In this document: piece after piece, positions 39,929 through 49,278 of the stretch
How the letters are laid out: every line of letters starts with the position of its first letter
Position numbering within the stretch: the stretch's first letter is position 1
Origin: Gammaproteobacteria bacterium
Lineage (GTDB): Bacteria; Pseudomonadota; Gammaproteobacteria; Arenicellales; JAANXG01
Length of the DNA stretch: 64,000 nucleotides
Reading direction: 5' to 3'
Assembly: GCA_024638505.1 (NCBI GenBank)
Contig: JAHEKE010000002.1
Span: forward strand, 31,006 to 95,005
Notes under the pieces: model-generated
The model's input: the letters and a program-made list of their open reading frames with translations, nothing else
Databases searched by the model: none
What the model was told of the DNA's origin: nothing
Translations under genes and position numbers: made by a program

Positions 39929-40687
39929 TCAGCTGGCGCTAGCGAGTCGATCAACTATTGCCGGCAGGTCATGATGGGTATCACAGATTGCGTCGGCGTC
40001 AGTGATAGCGCGATCATCAGGACGGGCCGCGGTGAATAGTATGGCTTTTGCGCCGACTGCATGGGGTCCTTTGACATCATTATGATCGCGGTCACCGACG
40101 TGCACGATCTCAGTCAGCTTAACTCCCAACTGCTCGCTGGCCGACTGAAACATAGCTGGATGTGGTTTGGCATGCCCAATCTCGTCAGAAAAAGCGAAGC
40201 CGGAAAAGTATTGTTTCAACCCATGCTTTTGCAGAATTTTACGCAGACCAGTACCCGGTGTCACAATCGCGTCTGACACCACGCACAGCTTGTAGCGTGA
40301 CGACAGTTCCTGCAGCGCCCGCTGGATGCCGTCAATAGGTTTTGGCGGTATGTCGACTTCCATATTGGCGTGGCCTGCTACCAGCCGGTTAAAAACCGGC
40401 TCGGTCACCTGACGGTTTAGTCCGGCCAATACGACTCGTATCCGCTGCTCGATGGTCCAGTTAATATGGCACTCTTTCCATACTACGTTGAACCCAGCTT
40501 CAGCCGTGTCGTAGGCAAGGCCGACGCGCTCATAGTCTATTGGTTTGACGTCACTCAGAGCCTGCCAGATCTGGAAGCGGCGCTCGTCTTTTTTCGAACG
40601 CAGCCCCCGTTCGGCGCGCAGGGCTTCGTCCGAGTCATCATCGACAATGGTGTCCCAAAGATCAAAGGTAACGGCTTTAATGGTCAT
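39929..40687 (-). CDS. HAD-IA-type hydrolase
   Basis: Motif I VTFDLWDTIVDD, motif II CVVSDA, motif III HAKPHP, motif IV HVGDRDHNDV. First gene of the HAD-amidotransferase-Nudix unit. Confidence 0.8.
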   Translation of the reverse strand: MTIKAVTFDLWDTIVDDDSDEALRAERGLRSKKDERRFQIWQALSDVKPIDYERVGLAYDTAEAGFNVVWKECHINWTIEQRIRVVLAGLNRQVTEPVFNRLVAGHANMEVDIPPKPIDGIQRALQELSSRYKLCVVSDAIVTPGTGLRKILQKHGLKQYFSGFAFSDEIGHAKPHPAMFQSASEQLGVKLTEIVHVGDRDHNDVKGPHAVGAKAILFTAARPDDRAITDADAICDTHHDLPAIVDRLASAS

Positions 40688-41099
40688 TCGTGTCTCCGGC
40701 CGGGTAGTAGCGACAGCTGAGAATCAGCGAGGAGGGGTTGATTAAACGCCTCTGATTTTCCACCCAGATAAGCCTCTCTTTAAGTCCCGGGGCTTGCTGC
40801 GGATTCCAGCATAACGGGATGCTTTTGACAATGTGCCGACATGCTGCCGAAGACCGGCTGAATGCCGCCCGCTTAGAACGAGTCGATCCCGTTTGGGATT
40901 TTTTACACTCACCTGACCACTGAATATATCCATCTGACCCGTAGGGCTAAAATTTAGGTGGCCTGTGGCGGGTGTTTTGGATTATGGTAGGCTTCTAAAA
41001 CCGTGGCTGGACCACGTTCGAGTAAAATCAGCCGCCTGCAGGCATAAGCGGCAACGTATTTTTCGGTGTGTATTTAACCAGTAGGAGGAGACTCAAGTA

Positions 41100-42245
41100 A
41101 TGAGCAAGCCCAGAAATCCGTCGCAATCGCGACGTAAATTCATAAAAACTTCAGCGCTGGCCGGAACCGCGGCGTCAGTTGGGCCCTGGATAATCAGCCC
41201 GAAAGTGTTGGCGTCATCCGGTGAAGTGAATGTCACTATGTGGACAGATTACATTCCCGCCCCCGTTATTGAAGATTTCAAAGCTAAGACCGGGATCCAG
41301 GTGAACTACAAGGAGCTCGGTTCCAATGAAGAACTGATCAATCAAATGAAAGCAACCAAGGGAGCCGGTGTTGACCTGTGCAGTCCAACCAACAACCGGT
41401 CGGGGCAGTGGGTCGAATTGAATTTGCTGCAACCCTTCGATTACGGCCGCATCAAGAATCTCGGTAACGTCAACCCGGCAATGCTAAAGGTCGGCGATAC
41501 CGAATGGAACTTCGGTGGCAAGGGTTCCCATTGGTTACCGTTTATTTGGGGGACAGAGGCCATTGGGTGGCGCACCGATCAGTATAGCCCTCCCGGCGGT
41601 ACCCCAAGCTATGGCAACATTTGGGACAAGGAAGTCGAGGGTAAAACCATGATTCGTCCGCACAGCGGAATGCTGGGCGCCGGACTGTTTATGGAAACCA
41701 TCGGTGAACTCGAGCCGGGCGACGTATGGAAGGCGTACAGCAGCGAGGAGGCTATGCGTCCGATTTGGCAGAAAATCAGCGATTTCTGCATCGCCAGAAA
41801 ATCCCAAATCAAACTGTTCTGGAACGATACCGACAGCCAGAAGAATGGATTTTTAAACGACGGCGTGGTGGTTGGCCAAACCTGGGACGGTCCGGTGCTG
41901 GCTATGAAATCCGCCGGTGAACCCGTTACCTACCAGGCGCCGAAGGAAGGCGCCATGGCCTGGGTGGACAGCATCGCGATGTCGGCGGCCGCGGCAAACG
42001 TGGATCAAGCCTATGCACTGATTGACTACGTGTTTCAGCCTGAAGTTGCCGGCAAGTCCATTAATATTCATGGTTACAACTCGGCGATACTCGGCGCTGA
42101 CAAGCATACCGACGATAACTATAAGAAGAACTTTGCCGAGGCCTATCCGGGTGATGCTCTGGCTAATCTCAATCCATGGCCGGCAGAGGCGCAGTGGTAT
42201 GCGGACGTGCGAACGGAGTATCGCAACAAGTTCGTGAACGCATAA
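41100..42245 (+). CDS. ABC transporter periplasmic substrate-binding protein, PotD/PotF/PhnS family, Tat-type signal
   Basis: The twin-arginine motif SRRKFIKTSALAGTAA is followed by a family-1 SBP fold (..W.DY.....I..F...TGI.V.Y....SNEE...K...G....D...P...). AGGAGG Shine-Dalgarno upstream. Confidence 0.85.
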   Translation: MSKPRNPSQSRRKFIKTSALAGTAASVGPWIISPKVLASSGEVNVTMWTDYIPAPVIEDFKAKTGIQVNYKELGSNEELINQMKATKGAGVDLCSPTNNRSGQWVELNLLQPFDYGRIKNLGNVNPAMLKVGDTEWNFGGKGSHWLPFIWGTEAIGWRTDQYSPPGGTPSYGNIWDKEVEGKTMIRPHSGMLGAGLFMETIGELEPGDVWKAYSSEEAMRPIWQKISDFCIARKSQIKLFWNDTDSQKNGFLNDGVVVGQTWDGPVLAMKSAGEPVTYQAPKEGAMAWVDSIAMSAAAANVDQAYALIDYVFQPEVAGKSINIHGYNSAILGADKHTDDNYKKNFAEAYPGDALANLNPWPAEAQWYADVRTEYRNKFVNA

Positions 42246-42266
42246 AAACTATAACAACTTAAACTG

Positions 42267-42298
42267 AGCCCCCGGGGTGACTCGGGGGCTGCTTTTTT
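42267..42298 (+). terminator. intrinsic terminator/attenuator after the SBP gene
   Basis: AGCCCCCG (42267-42274), an 8-nt loop, CGGGGGCT (42283-42290), then GCTTTTTT. This is the classic arrangement giving excess SBP transcript relative to the membrane components. Confidence 0.8.
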
Positions 42299-42386
42299 CT
42301 TACAATGGACGCGGTAGGATAATAATGATCCTCGCGATCGAGCGGGGTGGATTCCATCCATAGATTTTATGATGGAGGATACTTGA

Positions 42387-43490
42387 ATGAGTGCTGACGT
42401 TCAGCTCAACGACGTGTGGATACGCTTTGGAGATTTCGTCGCAGCCAGGGATGTAAACATCCACATTCAGGAGGGCGAGTTTTTCAGTTTCCTCGGGCCG
42501 TCCGGTTGCGGCAAAACGACTCTGCTGCGCGCGGTTTCGGGTTTTCTTGACCCTTCAGAGGGTCAAGTGTTGATCGGTGGCAAGGATATGGCCGGTATCG
42601 GGCCCAACAAGCGGCCCACTGCGCTTATTTTCCAGAATCTTGCCCTGTTTCCCCTGATGACCGTATGGGAAAACATCGCCTTTTCACTCGAAGTGAAGGG
42701 CATAGGCAAAGAAGAGAGGCGGAAAAAAGCGAATGAATTGCTGGAGCTAATTGCGCTGCCAGATCAGGGTGAGAAAATGGTGAACGAGTTATCCGGGGGC
42801 CAGAAACAGCGCGTCGCCATTGCCAGGGCTCTGGCCGCTGAGCCCGACGTACTGCTGCTGGACGAGCCTCTTTCCGCTCTGGACCTGAAGCTGCGCCAGC
42901 ATATGCGCACGGAACTGCGCGCCATTCAGCAACGGGTTGGCATTACCTTTATCTATATTACTCATGATCAGGGTGAGGCTTTAACCATGTCCGATCACGT
43001 TGCCGTTATGAGCCAGGGGGTAATCCAGCAGGTTGCCGACGGCAGCACAATCTACGACCATCCGGAAACTGCTTTTGTCGCCTCCTTTGTTGGTGAAAAC
43101 AATATGTTCAGCGGCAAGATCACCGAGGTCTCAGAAGAATATGCAGTTGTTGAAACTCCTTCCGGCATGCTTAGAGCGAGGCGGACAAAGGGCAAAGGCG
43201 GCAGTCTGCACAGAGGTGACGAAGCCTTTGTTTTTATTCGGCCCGAGTCTCTGAAATTCGTAAATGGCAGCGCCTTCGACAATCGCGTTAACGCCAATAT
43301 TAAACAGCAGGAATTCGAGGGCAGTTTTTGGCAGGTGTTTTTCGACGTCGAGGGTAACAATCGCACAGTCAAACTTTCCATGGTTAATGATGGCAGCACG
43401 CTGCCGCACGAGGTGGGAGATCGGGTAGAACTCGGCTTCAGCGCCGATGTGGCAATAGCTACACCCGCGGGGGAATTGGCCGCGGAATAA
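42387..43490 (+). CDS. ABC transporter ATP-binding protein, PotA/PotG/PhnT type
   Basis: Walker A GPSGCGKTT, Q-loop, signature LSGGQKQRVAIARAL, Walker B LLLDEPLSALD, H-loop THDQ, plus a C-terminal TOBE-like regulatory domain. Confidence 0.93.
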   Translation: MSADVQLNDVWIRFGDFVAARDVNIHIQEGEFFSFLGPSGCGKTTLLRAVSGFLDPSEGQVLIGGKDMAGIGPNKRPTALIFQNLALFPLMTVWENIAFSLEVKGIGKEERRKKANELLELIALPDQGEKMVNELSGGQKQRVAIARALAAEPDVLLLDEPLSALDLKLRQHMRTELRAIQQRVGITFIYITHDQGEALTMSDHVAVMSQGVIQQVADGSTIYDHPETAFVASFVGENNMFSGKITEVSEEYAVVETPSGMLRARRTKGKGGSLHRGDEAFVFIRPESLKFVNGSAFDNRVNANIKQQEFEGSFWQVFFDVEGNNRTVKLSMVNDGSTLPHEVGDRVELGFSADVAIATPAGELAAE

Positions 43491-43512
43491 CGAATTATTA
43501 AAGGGTCTTCGC

Positions 43513-44433
43513 ATGGGCTTCTGGCAGGATTTCTTCAGAAAGAACGGAAAGGCTCTGGGCCTCTTTCTTTTGGGCTCGGTGGCCTGCTGGATGCTGCTGA
43601 TGATCATTCTGCCGCAGCTGTTCATGCTGGACTTCTCCTTTCGCACCAACGTACCTCCACCGCTATGGGGAACAGAGGCCCATGGCTATACCTTCGAGCA
43701 CTACAGGTACATGATCTATGGTAGCGCGCAAAGTACCGAGTCCTATAATTTCGTCGATTTATCCGTATTTGGACGGACCATTCTTACCGCTATATTTGTC
43801 ACGCTAATCGATGTAGCGCTGTGCTATCCCGTAGCCTACTACCTGGCCCACGTTGCAACCGGCGGGTGGCCGCGTTTGATGGTGATGGCCTTGATTGTTC
43901 CGTTCTGGGTAAACGAACTGCTGCGTGCTTTTGCCTTCAAGATTATGTTCGGTTCTACCGGGATCATTAACAACTTCCTAGTGGCAATCGGGATTCTGGA
44001 CCAGCCCTTCGATTTCATTCGCAACAGCGTCGCGCTCTATTCCGGGCTGTCGTATGCCTATATTCTGCTTATGATCTTTCCCATCTACAACGCGGTGGAG
44101 AGTCTGGATAAGAACCAGATCGAAGCGGCGCGGGACCTGGGCTCGCCGTGGTGGCGCATTCACTGGCGGGTCGTTATACCCCATGCCAAGCCCGGCATCA
44201 CATCCGGCTGCACGATGGTGTTCATGCTTACCGCAGGAGCGCTGGCAGCACCGCAGATTCTGGGTGGGCCCAGCAGCCTGTGGTTTACCCAGATAATCTA
44301 CCAGGCCTTCAATCAGGCAGGTAACTGGGCACGCGGCTCAGCTTACGCCATTATCCTTCTCGCCACCTGCATCATTTTTGTGCTCTGCGTAATGAAGATC
44401 TTCAAGGTCAAACTGGGCGAAATAGCGCGATGA
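43513..44433 (+). CDS. ABC transporter permease (PotB/PotH/PhnU-like)
   Basis: 306 aa, 6 TM, with the EAA loop QIEAARDLGSPWWRIHWRVVIPHAKPG. Confidence 0.88.
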   Translation: MGFWQDFFRKNGKALGLFLLGSVACWMLLMIILPQLFMLDFSFRTNVPPPLWGTEAHGYTFEHYRYMIYGSAQSTESYNFVDLSVFGRTILTAIFVTLIDVALCYPVAYYLAHVATGGWPRLMVMALIVPFWVNELLRAFAFKIMFGSTGIINNFLVAIGILDQPFDFIRNSVALYSGLSYAYILLMIFPIYNAVESLDKNQIEAARDLGSPWWRIHWRVVIPHAKPGITSGCTMVFMLTAGALAAPQILGGPSSLWFTQIIYQAFNQAGNWARGSAYAIILLATCIIFVLCVMKIFKVKLGEIAR

Positions 44434-45728
44434 CCTCGGATCATATCCGCAAGTCATTTTCCATACTGTTCGTTCTGATTTTCTTCGCCTATTTGTTCGG
44501 GCCGCTGATCATAATGAGCTTGACGGCCTTTAACAGCTCGTCTTTTCCGCGCGTAACCCCGTGGGAATGTTTTTCCGTGGAGTGGTTTGAATTTCTCACT
44601 AAAGACCAAAAGCTGATCGAGGGACTGCAGAACAGCGTGTTTATCGGTCTAGGGGTAGTCTGCCTGGCTGTACCAATGGGCCTCGCCGGCGCCCTGATGT
44701 TGACTCAGGTAAGAGAGCGCGTCCGACCGTGGTACTACACCATTACTATTTCTCCTATTCTGGTGCCCGGTGTGGTGCTCGGTATTTCTACTTTGTTGTT
44801 CTGGGACCGGGTGGGTACCATGTTTGGCGCCTCGCGTGAGTCGGTTTTTTACAATGGATTTTTCTTGACCATCATCGGTCAGGCTACGTTCATCTCGGCT
44901 TACACCATGCTCGTGTTCATTTCCCGCCTGCAGCGGTTCGATCGCGTGCAGGAGGAAGCGGCGCTGGATCTGGGCGCGACCCACGTGCAAACGTTTAGAA
45001 AAATCTTACTGCCTTTTCTCAAGCCGGCAATAGCGTCGGCGGCGGTGCTGGCGTTTTTAGCGTCGTTTGAGAACTACAACACCACGGTATTTACCATTGT
45101 CTCAGAAAGCACGCTGACTACCTTTTTAGCTGCCAAAGTGCGGCACGGCATTAATCCGTCGATCAGTGCCCTGGCGGTTGTGATCGTCGTTTTGACACTA
45201 CTCGGTGCTGCCCTGCATGAAGCCTTCAAACGACGTGAACTGGCCGCAGAAAAAGAGTCGGCAAGAGTCGCCAAGGGAGAGCAGAAGAGTAGAGGGGCGC
45301 AAAGCCGGTTCCTGTTTGATCCAACCGTAATTATGATTCTATTGATTTTCACCGCTGGTCTCGGCACCGCTTATTTTGCCGGGACGATCGGATTGGATGA
45401 ATGCAAAACCGAAGTGCTGGCAGAAAAGCGACGCATCGTGCAGGAACGAATCAAAAAACGACAGCAGAAAACGATGTTTCAGGATGCGGGTCGCCAGGCC
45501 CTCACTCCGCTTACCCAGGAAGAGATTAAAAAACGTCAGGCGGCACCGGGCACGTCTAATTTCCAGGGCTTGTTCAGCCCGGAAAATCTTGAGGAGCAAG
45601 TAGGTACCAGTAAGGAAGAGACACAGGACGCGCCTGGGCGTGCCGGCACGGAAAACTTCCAAAGCATATTTGCTCCGCGGAATCTGGAAGAGCAGGTTGG
45701 GTCGGAGGAGCAAAAACAGTCAGAATAG
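44430..45728 (+). CDS. ABC transporter permease (PotC/PotI/PhnV-like) with a C-terminal extra TM helix and a charged repeat tail
   Basis: The core of about 265 aa has the EAA loop EEAALDLGATHVQTFRKILLPFLKPA. It is followed by a Lys/Glu linker, a hydrophobic helix (aa 294-322) and a 110-aa charged tail. The start overlaps the previous stop by 4 nt. Confidence 0.85.
   Translation: MTSDHIRKSFSILFVLIFFAYLFGPLIIMSLTAFNSSSFPRVTPWECFSVEWFEFLTKDQKLIEGLQNSVFIGLGVVCLAVPMGLAGALMLTQVRERVRPWYYTITISPILVPGVVLGISTLLFWDRVGTMFGASRESVFYNGFFLTIIGQATFISAYTMLVFISRLQRFDRVQEEAALDLGATHVQTFRKILLPFLKPAIASAAVLAFLASFENYNTTVFTIVSESTLTTFLAAKVRHGINPSISALAVVIVVLTLLGAALHEAFKRRELAAEKESARVAKGEQKSRGAQSRFLFDPTVIMILLIFTAGLGTAYFAGTIGLDECKTEVLAEKRRIVQERIKKRQQKTMFQDAGRQALTPLTQEEIKKRQAAPGTSNFQGLFSPENLEEQVGTSKEETQDAPGRAGTENFQSIFAPRNLEEQVGSEEQKQSE
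45549..45704 (+). repeat. duplicated 20-aa motif in the permease tail
   Basis: GTSNFQGLFSPENLEEQVGT (45549-45608) and GTENFQSIFAPRNLEEQVGS (45645-45704) share 14 of 20 identical residues. The DNA copies have diverged, mostly at synonymous or conservative positions. Confidence 0.8.
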
Positions 45729-45739
45729 CAGCACACTAA

Positions 45740-46792
45740 ATGGCTTTGCTGACGACTTGTATCGGGGCGTATCCCAAGCCCGATTACGTGAAGCTACCGG
45801 ACTGGTTCAATATTCCGGCCGGCCCGGACACCGCTGATCCCACCAAGCAGTGGGCCGCGGCCATGGCGGCGATGGGGCTGGAGGCTGAGCAAATCATTTC
45901 CCGTGGGGTGGCCGAAGCTGTGCGCAATCAGGTTGATGCGGGAATTGATATTCCGACCGATGGGGAGATTTCACGGGAAAACTACATCCACTATCACTGC
46001 CGTCACATAGAGGGGTTCGACTTTACCAAGCTGACGACAAAAGCTGTTCGCGGAGGCAATTACCAGGCTAACCTGCCTACCATTGTCGGACCGGTGAGAG
46101 CGCGCGCGCCTTTTCTGGTGCAAGATTGGCGCCGAGCACAAGCATTCACCGATCGTCCGGTCAAGATGACCATGCCAGGGCCGATGACCATATGGGATAC
46201 TAATGCGGATGACTACTATCACGATCCAAGGAAACTGGGCGCCGACCTGGCGGTCGCCCTGAATCAGGAGATCATGGCACTAGCCGAGGCGGGGTGTCAG
46301 TACATCCAAATCGATGAACCGGTATTTGCCCGTCGCCCGCAGGAGGCACTGGACTACGGATTTGAGAATCTGGAGCGGGCCTTTCATGGTTGTCCCGACA
46401 GCGTTACCCGCGTTGTACACATGTGCTGTGGATATCCGGACCGGCTTGACCACCCCAACTATCCTAAGGCCGATCCTGATGCATACCAGCAGATCGCGGA
46501 TGCTATCGAGCAATCGTCGATCAACATGATCTCATTTGAAGACGCTCACCGGCACAACGATCTTAAACTGTTAGAGCACTTCAGCGCGACTAGCGTGATA
46601 TTCGGCGTGGTTGCCATCGCCAAAAGCCGGGTTGAAACGGTGGAAGAAATTACGCTGCGTCTGCGGCAGGCTATGGAACATATTGACGAACAGCGTTTGA
46701 TTGCCGCACCTGACTGCGGATTGGGTCTGTTGGGCAAGGAGCTTGCGCTGAGAAAGCTGCGCAACATGTGTGCGGCCGCCCAGGCGGTGTAG
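45740..46792 (+). CDS. MetE-C-terminal-like zinc methyltransferase (cobalamin-independent methionine synthase II family)
   Basis: 350 aa. The Zn ligands align with the E. coli MetE C-terminal domain: VVHMCC (His-x-Cys), ISFEDAHR (Glu), APDCGLG (Cys). Last gene of the ABC operon, with an 11-nt gap. Confidence 0.85.
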   Translation: MALLTTCIGAYPKPDYVKLPDWFNIPAGPDTADPTKQWAAAMAAMGLEAEQIISRGVAEAVRNQVDAGIDIPTDGEISRENYIHYHCRHIEGFDFTKLTTKAVRGGNYQANLPTIVGPVRARAPFLVQDWRRAQAFTDRPVKMTMPGPMTIWDTNADDYYHDPRKLGADLAVALNQEIMALAEAGCQYIQIDEPVFARRPQEALDYGFENLERAFHGCPDSVTRVVHMCCGYPDRLDHPNYPKADPDAYQQIADAIEQSSINMISFEDAHRHNDLKLLEHFSATSVIFGVVAIAKSRVETVEEITLRLRQAMEHIDEQRLIAAPDCGLGLLGKELALRKLRNMCAAAQAV

Positions 46793-46836
46793 AAAAAGGA
46801 GGCGCAGAAAATCTATCTTCCCCGCTATTATCCGGG

Positions 46837-49278
46837 TCATGCTTTTACTTTGACCATGCCGGGGTCATACAGCGTTTTAAGCTGCAGGTCGCACGCAACG
46901 CGTTCGCAAGCAACCTCCAGTTCGTAGTTGCCACTGCGCAAGTAGTCAGTGCTGACTCCGTCGGCATTGCGGACGTAACCATAGCCGATGTTTTTCTTTA
47001 CGCTGTACCCCCAGCCTCCTGAGGTAAGCCAGCCAACCGGCAGGCCGTCACGATAAATAGTCTCCCGTCCGAGCAGGACAATGTCCGGCTGATCCACTGT
47101 AAAACAGGCCAGTCGTTTGGTGAGAGGCTGCTGCTTGGCCCGCGCCAGCGCGCGCCGACCGATGAAATCAGTATCCATTTTTAGTTTTACAGCCCAGCCC
47201 AGACCGGCCTCCAGGGGGGAGTCGCTCGGGGTAATGTCTGCACTCCACACGCGGTAGCCCTTTTCCAGACGTAAAGACTCGATCGCTCGGTAGCCGGCAT
47301 TGGCAGCACCGTACTTGGCGCCGGCTTCCATTAGCGCATCGTATACGGTTCCAGTATGCTCAATCGGCATGTGCAGTTCCCAGCCCAATTCGCCAACAAA
47401 GGTAATGCGTAACGCTCTGACCTTTACGCCGGCAACAGAGATTTCGCGGTAATGGGCAAACGGAAAACAGGCATTAGACACGTTGCTATCGGTGAGTTCA
47501 GATAGTAGCTGCCTGGCGTCAGGCCCCATCAGCGACAGCGTGCCCCATTCCTCGGTAATATCATACAGCGTCACCCGGTCCTGAGCGGGAATGTTTTGCA
47601 TGATCCAAGCCTTATCATGCGTGCGGTAGCCGGTGCCGGTCACTATGTAGTAGTGGTCCAGCGCCAGCCGCGCCACCGTGAGATCGCACTCTATTCTCCC
47701 ACTGTTGTTGAGCATTTGCGTGTAAACCAGGCTGCCCACAGGCTTTGATACGTCATTTGCGCAGAGCAGGGACAAGGATTGTTCGGCGTCGGCGCCGGAA
47801 ATATCGAATTTGGCAAATGAGCTCTGGTCAAAAACGGCAACTTTCTCCCGCGCCGCCCGGTGTTCCTCGCCTACGGCCTCAAACCAGTTTTGTCGCCCGA
47901 AGGAATATTCATCCTTCGGTTCCGCCCGCTGTGCAAACCAGTTCGGCCGCTCCCAGCCCAGCTTTGAACCAAAACAGGCATTGGCCGCGGTAAGTCGTTC
48001 ATACAGCGGAGAAACACGGTACGGTCGGCCCGATAAATGTTCTTCGTGCGGCCACGCTATGGTGTAGTGTTTGGCATATAATTCCAGCGTTCGGTTTCGC
48101 ACCCACTCAACATTCTGGTGTATGTCGGAAAAACGTCGGATGTCGACCGCCCACAGATCCATCGGCTGCTCACCCGCCACCAGCCATTCGGCCAGCGCTT
48201 TGCCCGCGCCACCAGCTGAAGCAATGCCAAACGCGTTGAAGCCAGCACCGACATAAAAGTTTCGGACCTCAGGTGCCTCGCCCAGAATAAAGTTTCCATC
48301 CGGGGTGAACGATTCAGGACCATTGGTCAGCTGTTTCACACCCACATCTGCCAGTATGGGCACACGCAGCAGAGCGTTGTGCATGAGGTCTTCAAAATGG
48401 TCCCAGTTGGAGTCCAGCAGTGTGAACTGGAAGTTTTCCGGGATTCCCTGCTCTGCCCAGGCGATGGGATCAGGCTCATATCCGCCCATCACCAGTCCAC
48501 CCACTTCCTCCTTGAAATAGGTCAAGCGGTCGGGATCACGCAACGTCGGCAGGTCCGAGGATACCCCCTTGATCGGCTCCGTCAGCATGTATTGATGCTG
48601 TACGGATTGCAGCGGCACGCTCACGCCCGCCATCAGCCCGATTTCTCTGGCCCACTGGCCAGCGCAGTTTACCGCGTAGTCGCAGCTGATCGGGCCGGCG
48701 CTGGTCTGTACTCCGGTCACTCGACCATGCTTAAGGTCAATCCCGGTTACCGTAACTCCCTCTATGATTGCCACGCCGTTATCTCTGGCCCCTTTGGCTA
48801 TGGACTGGGTGATATCAGAGGGATTGGCCTGTCCGTCGGTGGGTAAAAATGCCGCTCCTAACAGGCCGTCGATGTCCATCAACGGCCAGTACTCCTGGGC
48901 CTCTTTTGGCGTCAGCAGTTGCATATCCAGGCCGAAACTGTGCGCGGTGGTTGCCTGGCGTTTGATCTCGGTCCAGCGTTCCGCATTATTGGCGAGACGC
49001 AGGCCGCCGTTCATTTTCCATCCTGTGGCCAGGCCGGTTTCCCGCTCCAACCCTTGATACAGTTCAACGCTGTACTTCAAAAGCTGGGTTATGCTGGAAG
49101 AGCTCCGAAGCTGACCGACCAGCCCGGCGGCATGAAACGTGCTGCCGCAAGTGAGTTGACCTTTTTCCAGCAGCACGACATCTTTTTTGCCCATTTTGGC
49201 CAGGTGGTAGGCCGTGCTGCAGCCGATGATACCACCACCGATTACAACGATTTCGGCTGAGTCTGGGATTTCACGCAT
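46837..49278 (-). CDS. dimethylglycine/sarcosine-dehydrogenase-like FAD oxidoreductase fused to a GcvT-type folate-binding domain
   Basis: 813 aa. VVIGGGIIGCSTAYHLA, the GSTFHAAGL covalent-FAD histidine motif, and a C-terminal aminomethyltransferase-like half (..GYR..D.LRLEKGY...). Confidence 0.9.
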   Translation of the reverse strand: MREIPDSAEIVVIGGGIIGCSTAYHLAKMGKKDVVLLEKGQLTCGSTFHAAGLVGQLRSSSSITQLLKYSVELYQGLERETGLATGWKMNGGLRLANNAERWTEIKRQATTAHSFGLDMQLLTPKEAQEYWPLMDIDGLLGAAFLPTDGQANPSDITQSIAKGARDNGVAIIEGVTVTGIDLKHGRVTGVQTSAGPISCDYAVNCAGQWAREIGLMAGVSVPLQSVQHQYMLTEPIKGVSSDLPTLRDPDRLTYFKEEVGGLVMGGYEPDPIAWAEQGIPENFQFTLLDSNWDHFEDLMHNALLRVPILADVGVKQLTNGPESFTPDGNFILGEAPEVRNFYVGAGFNAFGIASAGGAGKALAEWLVAGEQPMDLWAVDIRRFSDIHQNVEWVRNRTLELYAKHYTIAWPHEEHLSGRPYRVSPLYERLTAANACFGSKLGWERPNWFAQRAEPKDEYSFGRQNWFEAVGEEHRAAREKVAVFDQSSFAKFDISGADAEQSLSLLCANDVSKPVGSLVYTQMLNNSGRIECDLTVARLALDHYYIVTGTGYRTHDKAWIMQNIPAQDRVTLYDITEEWGTLSLMGPDARQLLSELTDSNVSNACFPFAHYREISVAGVKVRALRITFVGELGWELHMPIEHTGTVYDALMEAGAKYGAANAGYRAIESLRLEKGYRVWSADITPSDSPLEAGLGWAVKLKMDTDFIGRRALARAKQQPLTKRLACFTVDQPDIVLLGRETIYRDGLPVGWLTSGGWGYSVKKNIGYGYVRNADGVSTDYLRSGNYELEVACERVACDLQLKTLYDPGMVKVKA

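Noticed and set aside
39311-40039. A 242-aa plus-strand ORF antisense to the amidotransferase-like and HAD genes.
   Set aside because: It spans two well-supported minus-strand genes and their junction, has low-complexity composition, and has no Shine-Dalgarno sequence.
40742-40933. A 63-aa minus-strand ORF inside the 412-bp divergent intergenic region.
   Set aside because: It has no convincing ribosome-binding site, an Arg/Ser/Gly-rich composition and no recognisable motif. It is probably non-coding, though Ribo-seq could revisit this.
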